From positions 2,046,001 through 2,110,000 of the forward strand of contig JBNJNM010000012.1 of NCBI GenBank assembly GCA_052426225.1: a stretch of DNA of 64,000 bases. The letters are read 5' to 3'. A program made the translations under genes and the position numbers. Below, piece by piece: positions 13,401 through 21,468 of this stretch; within the stretch, counting starts at the first letter, position 1; every line of letters starts with the position of its first letter. Below the pieces are notes generated by a model that was not told where the DNA came from, did no database searches, and saw only the letters and a program-made list of their open reading frames with translations. The DNA comes from Zancudomyces culisetae HAW-14-8. Taxonomy: Eukaryota > Fungi > Kickxellomycota.

Positions 13401-13911
13401 TGACAAGGAAACGTGTTCTACAAAAATGAGATTGACATTACCACGGATTTGGTTCAACCTAGATGGTGAGCTCAATTTACCTATGAAAAAGCTTTGTTGT
13501 GACGCCATACTTGCACTAGTCAGCAACAATCCTGGGATTTATCAATCGAACATTATCAGAAAACTGTCCACATCGCTTACTCCGTGCGAAATCATTGAGA
13601 CGTTGCAGTTTTTGACTGCTCATAATCTTTTGGTTGAATCTAAATTCCAGTTTAGTTTTACAAATCCCGCTAGTAATCCCAACAGTGGCGATTTTATTTT
13701 TTCTGATAACCCTTCTTCGGTTTTTGCCATTGACAATCTTTTTGCTTCCGCTCCCACAGCCAGTTCAATGTTTCAGGATACATCGGCTTCCATTTTTTGC
13801 AGCAATGGTATCGACAGCACCGATAGTGCCTCCGCTCCAATTCATCTAAACATTGTATCATGCTACTGGGTTTCCCCTAGCTATCTATTCGATTCATCAT
13901 TTCTCTTTTGA
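4471..13911 (+). CDS. TFC3: RNA polymerase III transcription factor TFIIIC B-block-binding subunit (Tfc3/Sfc3/GTF3C1 family), 3146 aa, intronless
   Basis: N-terminus MDDLL..EIELDG..G, followed by a winged-helix B-block-type segment LLQLISRARSGGVTQVQL...IDARSIFHYLKTLEKFGLIKK. C-terminal PRIW..LDGELN and I..NPGI wHTH as in fungal Sfc3 homologues. Confidence 0.8.
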   Translation: MDDLLLYLKSEIELDGFPGSKPNKIWEYVNTYYNEAGKNQTAKKVTVEREARFKKVNKKPSVSDLEQHVEVDDNFKAYLWPLILRIPGVYFNKNGAMVQDNRTIEDGGTGVQMSRASMKYSKEEEMEYVAKASLSGIYKTLLGKENGIHEVLVSKNSMLLLQLISRARSGGVTQVQLGFMTKIDARSIFHYLKTLEKFGLIKKLSIYDTSASANTNLVVLSRFYNSSIGNKRVSSNTKMEEGFDTNLKSKSKSKPTAELESENDTTEGVDGNLQPSHDFLRSEVRDQIIQLLSKAKNNTLVTDDLLQMIGLSLTNKTHRRFFNRLALSMESRDVVLQYKAKILKPKGLVDLEIKAGKKNVSASYIKRVITLSKDYKSKISSKDFKESNSDIESDTSDSENENDNDNEIGSGSGGEEEKGEEQECGYHSGIVEKGTIETIDDETRDLLGAMGAWSRGSVRSVSLEHQILALAYLAGENGITVRILRYILVEASYKATVRVLNKFTKKSGPCEPIFVSILEFKGKESRYRYFVAPEIKEKVIRFLSPGLIHTKSRSLGVDLTELGEVEPLGPISKARDKAKSVCGTQMADRAVSIEVGGQEPMDTGTTTEQPTADSAEPGKIKWLVFTYGHLRKVLKHTKTFHLSRLIREQVLLDLLKKHKIFDLSRMMNDVISYKANKYIELLKNDKVELKIDFDTGSDGVSAKELQMDKERLKGLYQTLSLKMVQLLEPKKFVLCKRTVKNCIRGLKDMGYGHIRVLYIKYDSSGVTFYNDSKIQKKVEPIGESERLDYLDNFGVRKSFNNVGKPAERVLFINSSLAPDGKEVADYIKAMKDKSLQFVTSYDVFKIIPTLNTAPIVVERPAGVNEELFASASTPNTKKRSLLSLEEEASPSATPKSKKMRTLDGATSVSPSPSSSPSHSHSHSHSDLDPYSFSTTTVSGRNSLGSAQAGGYLSKNARIRLQLLVRNQYVTSKMVRSKILHEFLTERVLNSKPDNQRLFSHGRFLSQYLFYSIPLQLLFKLIPSCHIGNEMKKFLHGEYDDLLEIVPGSRLARALGAEGKVGYMAITSRMELTLSKIPRSVTREFLFKNNKLKQFLQIPLGVLIRLELLRPIEDNDELFGDELPKRLEKSSFDSNEQAKLLDLSFLSISNLKSRYSHVQGQQLDQVENYINTQSVPEKQNENSKAQLARFTDASVASLNKSTSGNTDDNEYKESADNNDDVAELHHGARNELWYDKIDVSKFEKFKRQRAWMALPKLSTGYQLMSSVTMRDHRLQTTLPPYLPKSTSTYNFTGNPLSVQSFWRDLEALSLAKTMRSMDTDSIPTENYRDKRDPLYTMSNPLCWRLFLRISGYQKEILRQKIDFEGKTVPKDEECVVLAQETNLDFTVVKAFYKKYQTQWMREENHEKKRKLNSVHVVDASAKDKEGHEMRKRKLQVGLMEHYRRKRTRLLSKHGIDAKSLSLRDRNLIHRRLKKVEVTEELRRLKDEIVRLLKIKDSTKLLEHGNQGDIAGAQGDEKQRLSHIGSESSAGPTTSRNSNKRDEKHFEKLSALSNSLTINASNVLKSMDSIKALREQFISLAHGKDGSYDQTLISSSTSDWFHVLSTKVMTEQHKNVMSLWSGNPQINNLTKEDVNMILTDRVYFELGELLTKVANAQAGNSSLLDNSESSIFTADLYDNTDLALTSGDGRAAPLTRACWTLIDSNRLLIAIVVLNYYHKKRVIPFMWKLISLAFDDNFDKFDSDRVRKRFLHLMKYRANEEYYMKLTMLIDKIRPLAEELGILSDLTFYNKKYSSPSYIRQSKEFVYKYKNEVDYNDRYYSSGEESENERVGIANINGDRDQARDKDKDNDKDKDWGWGGGEKRTKTRASMDSNLNNSDEDQDEDGAELDLGVLNDSDREESYANDENNDPVNGGYDSDGINEPVNYIRLYKNQNKHYSYSAITAEQIVELNIFGEINYFVGFIFELGLPNILRVFGEAYMDTSSMARFHRSVRGDMVCTSGDEFSDSTRTDIVHGSVDGRSLDTRTFANKINLPSSTNMIYEMYDVDLVPYLIKKARYDYSCHIFKYREHDKQIGNINDEGVDQTVDKVNNNDKAIDNDSDLEGYENRQRPGLGQRGKTNNDEDDDENGKDEDDESGYAKRQSAVDNEREDADYFDATLKDATNTYSEDIINSRVSSRSQYIASLGFMQTLKVFFFSNFDFTNKSIVTHRISKKIANLHCDNNSGGTVDTTGTAISKSRIDKLLTTWQQLGGTIRDAGDFIELSTNNFGRSNIKKLGQSGHDIPVLGDSSTHYGFGAGNVNSESQSGSEAEEYCGTIANTGGTTLLNTQYAFQHNSAAHTPRIIDRFSDFYPIIQDGTHFLIHYENSAGKKQGTNTTNKESIRTSAITKQNDGSQNGIDHLTKSFSYTDFYPLHSQIDTYLRIGAIQSLYISLLLTIDSDYNSISTYETLNFHANLPYYELHTSIPFGKIDAMESLDRAILSQGNGYSGNYSRTLAPESTMALVIDILNDNSLIAKNRGTDARYRYRRFLKNQYQSMSFNAFFSGNTTVTSTENGAGAKPGLGANERKILKLAETLGNKIKVAGLGYVIKPKSGDSEANSYYSYNTSTKKITQSMYGLDPKRITSYLLNVVCFTGSVKGYRLSESFISSLSSTYTNNKFTYQKEFAAFFFRNLLEKITGPLSSHTDIYITPELLSGGEYSLFVELATNRLLDFELLSKYDFSQKGLDVSANSLSVCIDNTNLSVIPLKASLPSPGLSSEPSALSASGNFFGVSTANLSPTKNVQFENIDESMLGDLLNLVSQCIYNSGVLGLTLLELKVSVLLNSPPCDFLCDELLVFCVETLNMSRDRLNYFVQSGVTTKAHSSDGGDGGDGGDGGNGDFEPGYRHKAVFGSFILDSTTCIYQVGYNDPRYISPIYIPYWSVIHTPAKSVVLPAHTRYSNSDGLVTTDYTTADCNSDTISTTTETGNDSNALPETSSDKETCSTKMRLTLPRIWFNLDGELNLPMKKLCCDAILALVSNNPGIYQSNIIRKLSTSLTPCEIIETLQFLTAHNLLVESKFQFSFTNPASNPNSGDFIFSDNPSSVFAIDNLFASAPTASSMFQDTSASIFCSNGIDSTDSASAPIHLNIVSCYWVSPSYLFDSSFLF

Positions 13912-14141
13912 ATGTGTTTTAGATACTCGCTCCGCTGCTCGCCATCTTTAATTTCTCTTGTTTATATTATCACCTTTAATCAGAAAAGAACAGATATTCA
14001 TAATTTTAAAGACTGATTAACCGGTATTTATTTAATAAACCCAAGTTGGTCTCTTAATATAGACGTAAAAAAAATTAAAGTAGGTGGAAGTTAGATAGAT
14101 ATGCTGGTAAAAATATAATAATCCGTTATTAAAAAATGGAA

Positions 14142-15287
14142 TTATTTCTTATACTCCTTGGGTGTGGGGTCTCGTCCAGAACCTACAAGTTGATAAATAA
14201 TCATCAATAATCATTCATAATACAAAAAAAATGTTATATTTATTAGCCTCAGCAAACAGAAGAATATTCCTCCTCCTCAAAAAATAAGAGTATTTTTTTT
14301 ACCTGTTTGTTCCCATGCGGAGAAGTAATCAAAGTTACGGAATGCCTGCGACAATTGGGTTGGTTCGCTAACAACGCGCTTCTTTTCCTCATCATATCTA
14401 ACTTCGACAAAGCCTTGAAGTGGGAAATCTTTTCTAAGTGGATATCCCTCAAATCCATAATCTGTCAGGATTCTTCTCAAATCTGGATGGTTGTAGAAAA
14501 AGACGCCGTACATGTCGTAGACCTCACGTTCTCCCCAGTTTGCACTGTTGTATACCTCTGTGACGCTAGGAACTGCAGATGTTTCGCTTGCGTATGTCTT
14601 TACTCTGATTCTGCTGTTGTATCTGTAAGAGAGCAAGTTGTAAATTACTTCGAAACGATTGGTACGATATGGATAATCTACACAGGTTACATCCGACAAT
14701 TGCTTGTATTGTGCATTTGTGTGATCTCTCAAAAAGGTAAGCAATGGAATCAATCCCTCAGGATGTGTGCACAGCATTAGCTCATCTTTCCACACTGTAA
14801 ATTGCTGGATGTGCTTTGGCATCACACTCATCAGATATTTTCCATAGTCATAAAGTCGAGTTTCATCCTTTAGTGCTGGGTCGGCCCTCTTTGCAATTTC
14901 CGGTTCTTTTCCCATATTTTCGTTTATTAGACTTTGTTAGAGTTATGAATGCTCCCCTGAATAAGATTCATGCATCAGAACTATGTAGTATAAAAAATCA
15001 AAAACAAAGCCAAATCCATGGCCAACACATACCTATATTTATTCTTTTGGTGGTCTGGATCATCCTCACTGGAATGCTATTACCAATTCCTATAATGTAA
15101 ATAGTTGTTGATTTATTCGAGCTTTTCCCACAGAATACCATATCAACAGTTATTAAGTTGATTCTCCATTTTCAATATAGATATCGTAATTGTATAAAAT
15201 TGATAAATATGAAAACAATAAATATGTTTCTAAAAAAGTACCTTTGGCAGTTGATAACACTCTGAAAGATCTCAATCCTGACAACAT
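14142..15287 (-). CDS. NDUFS3: NADH:ubiquinone oxidoreductase 30-kDa subunit (NDUFS3/Nad9 family); exons 15287-15242, 15089-15033, 14905-14303, 14182-14142 (248 aa)
   Basis: [46 protein letters not shown] motifs. Presequence-like exon 1 ([15 protein letters not shown]). The spliced length of 747 nt is in frame and ends [13 protein letters not shown]. Confidence 0.93.
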
Positions 15288-15953
15288 TTTGTATACCTTT
15301 TTTCTAATTTGCTTTGTCCGTATTTATGGATTAGCTTGATTTTTTCTGCTTTCCCAAACCCAAAACTACAAATATATTTTGTTATTACAAAAATATTTTA
15401 TTTATTTCTCTCCCATTTTCCTATCCCTAATCAACGCCATTTGCTATCCGCAACAATTTATCAGTTGTTTATAGCTAAATCACCTCGTTTTTATCTGACT
15501 TGAAAAACCAAACTCGTACCCAATTGAAATCGCTCTCTTTGTATAAAAAAAAATTTTCAGGTAATCAGTAGCATAAACCAACATCCTTCTAGGCTGAGAA
15601 ACCGGTACTGCCCCTTTCCCCCTCTTTTCTTTTAACTAGGTCCTCAAAGCCCAAGAGAGATGGAAGGTCGTAAGTGCTAAACTTCTTCAACACATACATA
15701 CACTTGGTGTGTTGTGCAATGAATAAAGCATGGCATAGCAGAGCACAACATTTCATACAACTTTTAATATTTCAATAACAAACTTTATTTCATACCATTT
15801 GTTTTTTTCATCGGTTGACTTATCTACCACTTTAAGAAAAAAAAATAGAAATATTTACTACTATATGATTAAAAATGGTTGGATAGGCCAAACTTGTGTA
15901 AAAAAATCACTACTCAGTGGTAGGCTGCTGTATGTAACCCCCTACGAGTTGGC

Positions 15954-17748
15954 TCACATACTTTTGGAGTTGAAAAGCTTCAAGAGTTCTGTGGTTTGAG
16001 AGAGCCTTGGCCCTGAAATCTTGAGCACACCCAACCCCAAAACAGTAGCTGATAACCCAATAGAGGTCATGATGATGCTATTTATCATCCTGTTTTGTTC
16101 TTTCCATCTTCTAGTAGCCTCACTATAACTCAATTTAGAAAAGCTGACCATGGAATAAAGGTGACAGAATAGATTTGGAAACCAGTAAGACAGTTTCCTT
16201 TCCATGAAAATCTTGACAGTAACCATTGGGTTGTTTACACCGCTCCTGAGCTCAGTGTAATTGTAAAGGGCCAAGTCGATCATCGCTGCTGAGTCTTTTG
16301 GTCTACAAGCTGAGTATTTAATTAGTGCAGCCTCGATCTGCTGTGGAGTTAGTTTGTTGGTCTTTACATCATCATCATCATCATCCTGATTAGCACCGCT
16401 GACTTTGGCTGCAGATGCCATCTTTGCTTGTTCAACCAGAAATACATCTAATGTTTCAATATCCTCAAACCCACAGTTCATCCCTTGAGCGTAAAATGGA
16501 ACAGTACAATGTGCTGCATCCCCAACAATCAGACCATTGCCACTATAGTGGTGAGGATTTGTTTTTATATAAAAAAGATCGCCCTTTGGATTTTCAAAGT
16601 ATCTTTTCAGTGCTTCCTCCCCAAACAATTCTATGGTATCGGGAAAGTTTTTTTCAAAGAAATGTACCAGATCGTCATATGTTTGTATAGAGTCGAAGGT
16701 TTCTAGTGGCATGAACAAAGTACAGGTGAATGACTTGTCTATGTTTGGAAGAGCTAGTAACAGGAACGTTTCCCGTGGCCAAATATGTACATAATCTGGA
16801 TCAAGAGCAAACTCGTTGTTTTTTGGTTGCATCAGTAGCTCACAGTATGCGTGATCAATGTATTTCTGTTCGAGGTTGATTCTATTTCATAAAATACAGT
16901 GTTTAAACTTGAGTAAGGGCTTTACAAAAGGTTCATTCGGTTATCACCCGGCTAGTGAGCACAAGCTAGTTATTTTACATACCTTGTTGAGCTCTGCAAA
17001 CGTTGTCTAACCTTACTATAAGCCCCATCAGCACCTATAATTAAGTCTGCTCTGGTGTTGATACACTCTCCCGTTGTCAAATCTCTGAACCTTGCAGTTT
17101 TTGATTTAAGATCGCACGTTTCTAGCTTGTGTTCAAAGTAAACTTTTACATTTTTGTAGGTTTCAAGTTGCGTAAGTAAAACCTGGTTAAGAATGTCTCT
17201 ATTTACTGCACTTGTATAATCCCCATTTTCGCTGTATCGTATAGCATGAACTGTCTTTCCGCCGATTTCGTGAACCATGCGACCATACGCAGGCACTGTT
17301 ATGGATGCAACTTTTTTCAGTAGCTCCGGATCGAGTCTTTCTACTGCAGAAAGGCCTCTAGTGGAAATACTTAGATTGATTGATTTGCTTTTTTTCTTTA
17401 GCCGGTTTTTCTCGAGTCTAGTATCTATAGTTACACCCGTAATTATAGCTGTGAATATTTTATAATAGGGTGGTTCGGTATGGCAAAACTAGTTGGGTTT
17501 CTCCTTTCTGTACTTTTATCTTTAAATACTATATTCTTTTATACTATCTTGCAAACCCCACCAAGATACATTGCTAAGCTGATATCCAAGAAAAATATAT
17601 TTTGCTAAACAAACATGCTTTGGCATTTTATCAACATACCTGCTCTCTTTTCATAAACACTGACATCCCATCCTCTTTTGGCGAAATAACAACCGGCTAG
17701 TGCCCCAACCAATCCCCCACCAACGATTATTACATTATTCACTGTCAT
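15954..17748 (-). CDS. BNA4: Kynurenine 3-monooxygenase; exons 17748-17640, 17424-16983, 16881-15954 (492 aa)
   Basis: FAD-binding [71 protein letters not shown] and a C-terminal TM anchor. GT-AG introns give an in-frame 1479 nt. Confidence 0.93.
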
Positions 17749-20062
17749 AGTTTACCAATTCTTCCCTTTGCGTTTCGAATATGGTATATTGGGCTATGCT
17801 AAACCGCTTTTTTTATACCTGTGGTAGTCTACTGGATGTTATTTGCGCCTTTACACTCGACTCTGATTTTATACAAGCTAGCTGTAATAGTCCCAACTAC
17901 TGGATAATTCTCTATAGACATCAAAAAAAATGTTGGAATATGGTTTTCGTATGGAATATCAGAATAGCTTAGTCTGTAAGCACCCTTAAGAGTAATTTTG
18001 ACATTTATCTTCCTTCTATTTATTTATGCCTGTATTTGTGCGTGCTTGTTTATCTAGGTTACCCGATAAACCTAAACTCTAGGTCACTGAAATCGATATT
18101 ATAAATTAACGGTAAAAAAGTTTAAACTTTTTGTACTTGTTCTACACATCCAAACAACCATGTAGCAATGTTACAAACAGGCTACTTTGTTTATGTTTAC
18201 AATCCCCTCTGTCTTTCAGTTGATAAACCTTGATCAGCTCAATCAATTTCCAAAAGTGAGAAAAAAAAATAGCAGAAAGCTAACTCGTCCAATTAAGTAT
18301 CTTTAAAATCTTAGAATAGGCGCTAATTAATCACCCCATTTTTTCTTTTTATTAACGATTTTTGTTTTTTTTTGCTCTTGATCCTTTCATGTGCTATGAA
18401 ACTGAAAATAAAAACATCATATCATCCTTTTATAGGACATCCTTAAAGTTTTTCGTCTTTGGGAAATCCACATAAACACTTCCTTTTTGCAGTTTACTTT
18501 TCACTTACCTGGTTGATAGCCAGGCCAGCATATTTTCCCGGGTTTAGATTCTAAAATATTATTTATCACTAGCATATTAAATGGTGCTCCTTATGTATGG
18601 GATAAACACTAGATGATAAAAGTTGGTCTAAAATAGCGCAGACACACGTAGCACCCGCTTTTTACATGTTTCCGTAGTATGTTTACTTTATCTACAACCT
18701 AAATATAGCGAATGAAAAGGCTTTGCTTATTTGTAAAGTATATGGCAAAATATTTTTTAGTAAACATTGTCAAATCAATAATTCACGCCACTATTCTTGT
18801 ACTGATTTCGGCAAGTAGATCTCAGCTATTACTTTTTTTTTTCCTTTTTCTTTGCTTTTTACCGCAAACCAGGAGCAGGTTTATAATTACACCACCTCTC
18901 CTTAATATAAATGATATACTGGGATCATGATGATGAATTACACAGGCCGATATTTATCCTTGCTACCGCCACTTGCTACATCCCATAAGGGGACATTTAA
19001 TCTGCTTTTGTATTAAATGACACTAGCCTATATTATCGTATTTGATATTAGGTCTATCTAGATTACTCTTGATTAGATTTTCCCAGTTTCAAAATAACAA
19101 AGATAGTGTAATAATGTGTATATTACAAAATATCCAACTAGTTCTACAAACCAGAAATGGTTCACTTTTTCTAAAATAGCGTAGTATTTGTTTTTTGGTT
19201 CATCAACCTTATTCACCATACATGCTCTTATTTCTCAAGCTAAGCGACTGATAAAACTCACATTATTACTATCGCTAGTATAAAGTAAATATAAAATCTA
19301 TTACATTAAATCGCTTTGCAAGTAGGTAGATGCGAAAAATATCCCCAATATATAATTTAAGCAGATACATACACATTCAAAGACGGTTTATAGACGAAAA
19401 CCACGGGAAATGGATAAATCAAACGCAAAGTAAGGGTCATTAGATCAATAATTGTTAATTTAAGTGCATGTAGTTGGACGCCACCCGCGGAGCCAATACC
19501 AAACTAAGCATGTGAGCAAAAGTACTTACTTCAAAGTAGATTTTGCAAACAAAATGTGTTTTTGTATAATTTGGCCTATACTCCATGCCAAATATGTTTA
19601 CCATGTATCCACTTACAGAACAAATGTTATGCGTAATTAGCACTGCCACAGATGCTCAAAATGCACCAGTTTTTAATCTTTTTTTTCTTTCTATTCGATT
19701 TGCTCTAAAACAATTCTTGGGTTAGATTGGGGAAAAAAAAGAGAATCTGTTAGCTTGGAAAATTTTTTTTTCTGTAGTCTATTTCCATTAATGATTGTGC
19801 CTCTTTCATTCGTCTTTTGCAGCTAAAAAAAAAAAATTCATCAGAGATTAGAAAGAGCGGGGAGTAAGTGTGGGTAAAGCATGTAAATTTTCCTGCAGCG
19901 AATATTATCAGAGATAAAATTAAACATTCAATATTTTTGCTTCTCTCACAGAAAATAAAAAAATTGTAAAGCAACCATATTAGTGTTGGATAAATAGCGA
20001 TACCTGGACTAGGTTGGATTGGGGTGATTTAAAATCAAATTATTCTTACGAAAGCGGAAAAA

Positions 20063-21235
20063 ATGAAAGACATCGCAATTATTACAGGATCATCACACCC
20101 AGAGCTGGCAAAGAAAATAGCCAAATATATTGGCGTTGAGATTTCTGAAACCAAATTGGGCAAATTTTCAAACAGGGAAACATCTGTAGAGATAACAAGC
20201 TCTGTCAGAAACAAGCATGTATATATTATCCAGTCAAGCTGCGGAAACATAAACGACAATTTTATTGAAATGTTGATTATCGTGCAGGCCTGCTTGATGG
20301 GTAGTGCGCGGAGAATCAGTGTTGTTACGCCATTGTTCCCATACTCAAGGCAATCAAAGCTCTCTCAGCGCAGGAGATTGCTGAAGAGCCATGCTAACGA
20401 GCCTACTGAGGAGATTGAGGGGTTGAAAACCGGCTACAAGAGCTGGGCAGCAACTTCTGGAACGCTGATTGCCAGCTTGATACAAGAAAGCGGTAAGTAT
20501 GCTAACTTTTACATTTCCCCTGGATTATTTATATCATATTTTTTTATAGTACAGTTGCAGAGATTACAGGAAATCAATATCTACAATTCCAAAAACCCGG
20601 CTAATAAATGATGATATGGGCAATAATAAATAGGGGCGGATCATCTGATAGTTATGGACCTGCACGAACCACAGTACCAAGGGTTCTTTACCATTCCCGT
20701 AGATTCCGTCTATGCTGAGCCGGTGATTATAAACTACATCAAAACATCTATTCCGAACTGGAGATCCGCCGTTGTGGTATCACCAACAGCCGGAGGTGCC
20801 AAGAGGGCAACATCGATTAGCAACAAGCTACACCTGCAGTTTGCGCTAGTTCACAACGCAGGAGATCGATACCAACAAGAGTCGGAGGCGGTCGGACTAG
20901 TTGGAGACGTAACAGACAGGGTGACAATAATGATAGATGACATGATAGATACAGCATCAACAATGCTAAACGCATCAAAAATGCTGAAGGCGCACGGAGC
21001 CAAGGAAATACACGTAATAGTTATCCATGGCATCTTTTCATCAGATTCGATTGACAAGATCAACAAAAGCTCAATAGATACAATAGCTTGTACCAACAGC
21101 GTTCCTCAAGATGATTTCAGAAGCCTGTGTCCCAAACTCCAAACAATCGACGTTTCAACAATTTTAGGCGAAACCATTAGAAGGTCATTCAACGGTGAGT
21201 CTGTGACTAAATTGTACGAGTATGACGAATATTAA
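20063..21235 (+). CDS. Ribose-phosphate pyrophosphokinase family protein, Prs5-like, probably catalytically impaired; exons 20063-20492, 20634-21235 (343 aa)
   Basis: GSSHPELA, FSNRETSVEI, VYIIQS, PLFPYSRQ, GADHLIVMDLHEPQYQGFF, DDMIDT, HGIFS, TNSVP, ETIRRSFNGESV. Intron GTAAGT...TAG at 20493-20633 keeps frame. The insertion ending GYKSWAATSGTLIA resembles fungal Prs5. Confidence 0.9.
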
Positions 21236-21468
21236 TCTTTTCCCTTTTTTTCTTTGCCATTCTTTTTTTTTTTTTTTTGCTGTGATTTATCGGAATATGT
21301 TTTATTTTACAAAATACTAAAAAGAGAAACATATATTATAATATTATTACTTTCTAAATGTTTTGTCTTACCCTTTAAAAAATAAAAAAAAGGGTCGCAA
21401 ATTAAATCTTGTGAAAGTGTTTACGCAATACCAAAAACAAAACAAAAACAAAGAAAAGATGAGAAGAA

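Noticed and set aside
14277-14915. Track ORF start (MGK) and end (KKNTLIF) for NDUFS3
   Set aside because: Both ends fall in introns under the in-frame four-exon model.
15590-15640. GGCTGAGAA resembling a TPP riboswitch core
   Set aside because: The downstream AACYTGATC...TAAT..CAGCG elements are missing, and no thiamine gene is adjacent.
15710-15750. SECIS-like ATGA...GA hairpin
   Set aside because: Spacing between ATGA and GA is too short for helix II plus the apical loop, and no gene in the window has an in-frame TGA.
18502-18560. CACTTACCTGG resembling the U1 snRNA 5' end
   Set aside because: No U1-70K loop (GATCA), U1A loop (ATTGCAC) or Sm site follows. It is better read as a minus-strand donor site.
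18925-19000. Minus-strand peptide LWDVASGGSKDKYRPV, faintly like the Arf GTPase WDVGGQDKIRP motif
   Set aside because: It is closed by a stop, the key Gln is missing, and I found no GxxxxGK or NKxD exons nearby.
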